This document shows positions 62,513 through 64,000 of a stretch of DNA of 64,000 bases, one piece after another. The notes beneath the pieces are model-generated. The model ran no database searches and was not told the DNA's origin. It was given only the letters and a program-made list of their open reading frames with translations. Every line of letters begins with the position of its first letter. Positions within the stretch are counted from its first letter, which is position 1. The translations under genes were made by a program, and so were the position numbers. Source of the stretch: Spirochaetia bacterium (GTDB lineage Bacteria; Spirochaetota; Spirochaetia; DSM-16054; Sediminispirochaetaceae); contig JAXHMY010000001.1 of NCBI GenBank assembly GCA_034520965.1, positions 1,050,233-1,114,232 on the forward strand, given 5' to 3'.

Positions 62513-63668
62513 TTTCTTTTGCCGCTTCCTTGAAGTACGTGCTCTCTACATCCATCCCGAAGAAAAGGCGCGCCAGCATCAGATTCGTTTTGATAAATCT
62601 TCTGTCGCTTTTCATCCTCCGTTCCCATACTTTTTTTACCGACCTTTTTCCAAAAAGCTCGAAACAGAGTTTTATATCGTCGAAATCGGCATACTTCAGG
62701 CTATGCTCTATAAGAAGGTTCCCGCCAGCCTCCTCATAGCTCAGGTCTTTCCGGTAGCTCCGAATAGTCCTTTGTCCCGGAGCTTCAAATAGCTTCTCTT
62801 TGCGCGCGTAGTTCCTGCTCCGCTTCGAGATTGCCGCTTTCGAAAGGCCCAAATAATGGCCCACTTCAACCGCACGGTGCCCGTCCCGCACCGCCCGTAC
62901 GATGGCGGCTTCAGTTGCTTCGGAACAGAGGGCTTTTGCGTCGTTTCCTTGGGTGTCGGATCCTTGAGTGCCGGCTCTTTGAGTGCCGGCTCCCCCCACA
63001 ACGCCTTCTCGCGGGATGGACGGTTCCTGGCCGGTTCCAAAATAAGAACCCAGAGGGGGAAGGTCCCGTGCGTGGTCCCGGGGCGGAGGTGTACCCTGTT
63101 GAGCATTCTCCTGGGTACCCTGCTTCGATTTGTACAGTTCTTCGATTTGCGCCAGTTCCTCCTTGCTCAAATCCGTATCGAGGCTGACTGCATTGAGCAA
63201 TTCGTAATTAAGCGTCGAAAGATTGCCAATAATCGCGGGCAAGGCGGAAGACATAGCCCATGGGTAACTGCCGATCTGCCGAGTAATTCCTGCTTTTATT
63301 AGGTTGAACTCAATATAACGCACTAAAGTGTACAGTTTTCTCTCGGTGTAAATAAAATAAGCCTTGAACCTGTCCTGCCAGAGAGGTCCCACTCTGTCGT
63401 ACTTCCTGTTAAAGTATACCGTGTATCTCGATGCGATCTTCTGCATGAAGCGCGAAAGGTTCTCTTCCTTTGTCTCAATAAGAAGATGGTAATGGTTAGG
63501 CATCAGACAGAAAGAATAGAGCTCGAATCCATATTCAGTACCCGCTTCCTCAACTATTGCCAGAAACTTCCGGTAATCCCCCTCATCGAGATATATCCTG
63601 TTTTTTGCGACCCCCCGATTGAGCACATGATAAAACCCAACCCTGGACAGTCTTCTTTTGCGCGCCAT
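62487..63668 (-). CDS. REP-associated-type Y1 HUH transposase (RAYT) fused to an HTH and a DUF6922-like antitoxin domain
   Basis: YHVLNRG, FCLMPNHYHL (HUH), GPLWQDRF, RYIEFN..KAG, YPW; EVGHYLGLSKAAISK HTH; C-terminal SY...LLIEHSLKYADFDDI..LFG..VKKVW. Confidence 0.85.
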   Translation of the reverse strand: MARKRRLSRVGFYHVLNRGVAKNRIYLDEGDYRKFLAIVEEAGTEYGFELYSFCLMPNHYHLLIETKEENLSRFMQKIASRYTVYFNRKYDRVGPLWQDRFKAYFIYTERKLYTLVRYIEFNLIKAGITRQIGSYPWAMSSALPAIIGNLSTLNYELLNAVSLDTDLSKEELAQIEELYKSKQGTQENAQQGTPPPRDHARDLPPLGSYFGTGQEPSIPREGVVGGAGTQRAGTQGSDTQGNDAKALCSEATEAAIVRAVRDGHRAVEVGHYLGLSKAAISKRSRNYARKEKLFEAPGQRTIRSYRKDLSYEEAGGNLLIEHSLKYADFDDIKLCFELFGKRSVKKVWERRMKSDRRFIKTNLMLARLFFGMDVESTYFKEAAKENGRLEQLR

Positions 63669-63700
63669 TATGCTTTAAAGGTAATGCGGTTTTATAAAAA

Positions 63701-63724
63701 AGTAAACTAGTAAACCTCCGACCC
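63701..63724. repeat. Direct repeat, right copy (AGTAAACTAGTAAACCTCCGACCC)
   Basis: 23/24 identical to 61854-61877; 32 bp upstream of the transposase ATG. Confidence 0.9.
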
Positions 63725-63737
63725 CTATCCTACTATA

Positions 63738-64000
63738 CTAAAGTGGAGGGAGTTGGGAGAGCCGAACCCTGGAATAAGCCTGTCTTTTTGCATCTTCCGG
63801 ATGTGGTTCCAGGCCAATAATGGTTAGTTCGTTTTTACCGGGTCCATACACCCAGAAAATTCGACCTGCAGCGGGGGTATTGTTTTCAAGGTACGATTGC
63901 CACAACTTCTCTCCGTATCGCCTGCTAAGTTCAGATATTTCGTGGGTCTGCAGGCTGTTGTGCCTTGGATCAACAGCTAACAAACGGAAGGTTTTTATCC
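63738..64000 (-). CDS. RelE/ParE-superfamily-like toxin (5' truncated by window end)
   Basis: Frame open to the window edge; DPRHNSLQTHE, WQSYLENNTP.AGRIFWVYGP..LTIIGLEPHP. Confidence 0.6.
   Translation of the reverse strand, partial: IKTFRLLAVDPRHNSLQTHEISELSRRYGEKLWQSYLENNTPAAGRIFWVYGPGKNELTIIGLEPHPEDAKRQAYSRVRLSQLPPL

Larger units (their letters stand above)
61854..63724 (-). mobile_element. Direct-repeat-bounded HUH transposase/NTase unit (putative cassette)
   Basis: Two genes exactly enclosed by 24-bp direct repeats; contains a transposase. Confidence 0.6.

Noticed and set aside
61854..63724. 24-bp repeats as a target-site duplication or CRISPR repeats
   Set aside because: They are too long for a TSD and Y1 HUH enzymes make none; the copies are 1.85 kb apart with genes between them, and there are no cas genes.

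Overview
This is a bacterial genomic window, most consistent with a free-living spirochaete (Spirochaetia-type STAS/zinc-ribbon protein, spirochaetal lipoboxes, FapA); the taxon is inferred. Positions 1-17.5 kb are GC-rich core genes (yjbQ, rsmE, a WecB/TagA GT, fxsA, a sigma54 activator, STAS-CesT-pspA, DjlA-like, murA, an HD protein, dcd, dapB). This part also holds an AT-rich DnaA-box cluster at 7.1-7.4 kb and a tandem 89-bp hairpin repeat at 15.3-15.6 kb. Positions 17.5-23.7 kb are an AT-richer signalling islet (BrnT-type TA pair, HD-GYP regulator, PAS hybrid kinase, receiver, FapA). Positions 23.7-29 kb are a putative lipid uptake/glycosylation module. Positions 29.2-61.7 kb are one minus-strand surface-glycan cluster (gmd/fcl, ABC flippase, wbpBEDI, TupA-like ATP-grasp, asnB, many GTs, uxs, a GtrAB/GT-C trio, Wzi-like and Omp85-like outer-membrane proteins). 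The most unusual feature is at 61.85-64 kb: a REP-associated-type Y1 HUH transposase fused to an HTH and an antitoxin-like domain, plus an AbiEii-type nucleotidyltransferase. The pair is bracketed by 24-bp direct repeats that abut stop codons and is preceded by a RelE-like gene, which suggests a HUH-transposase-driven cassette array. Many genes after ~17 kb carry single-base frameshifts, probably long-read consensus errors. No rRNA, tRNA or CRISPR array was seen. All family assignments are by motif recognition; no database searches were run.
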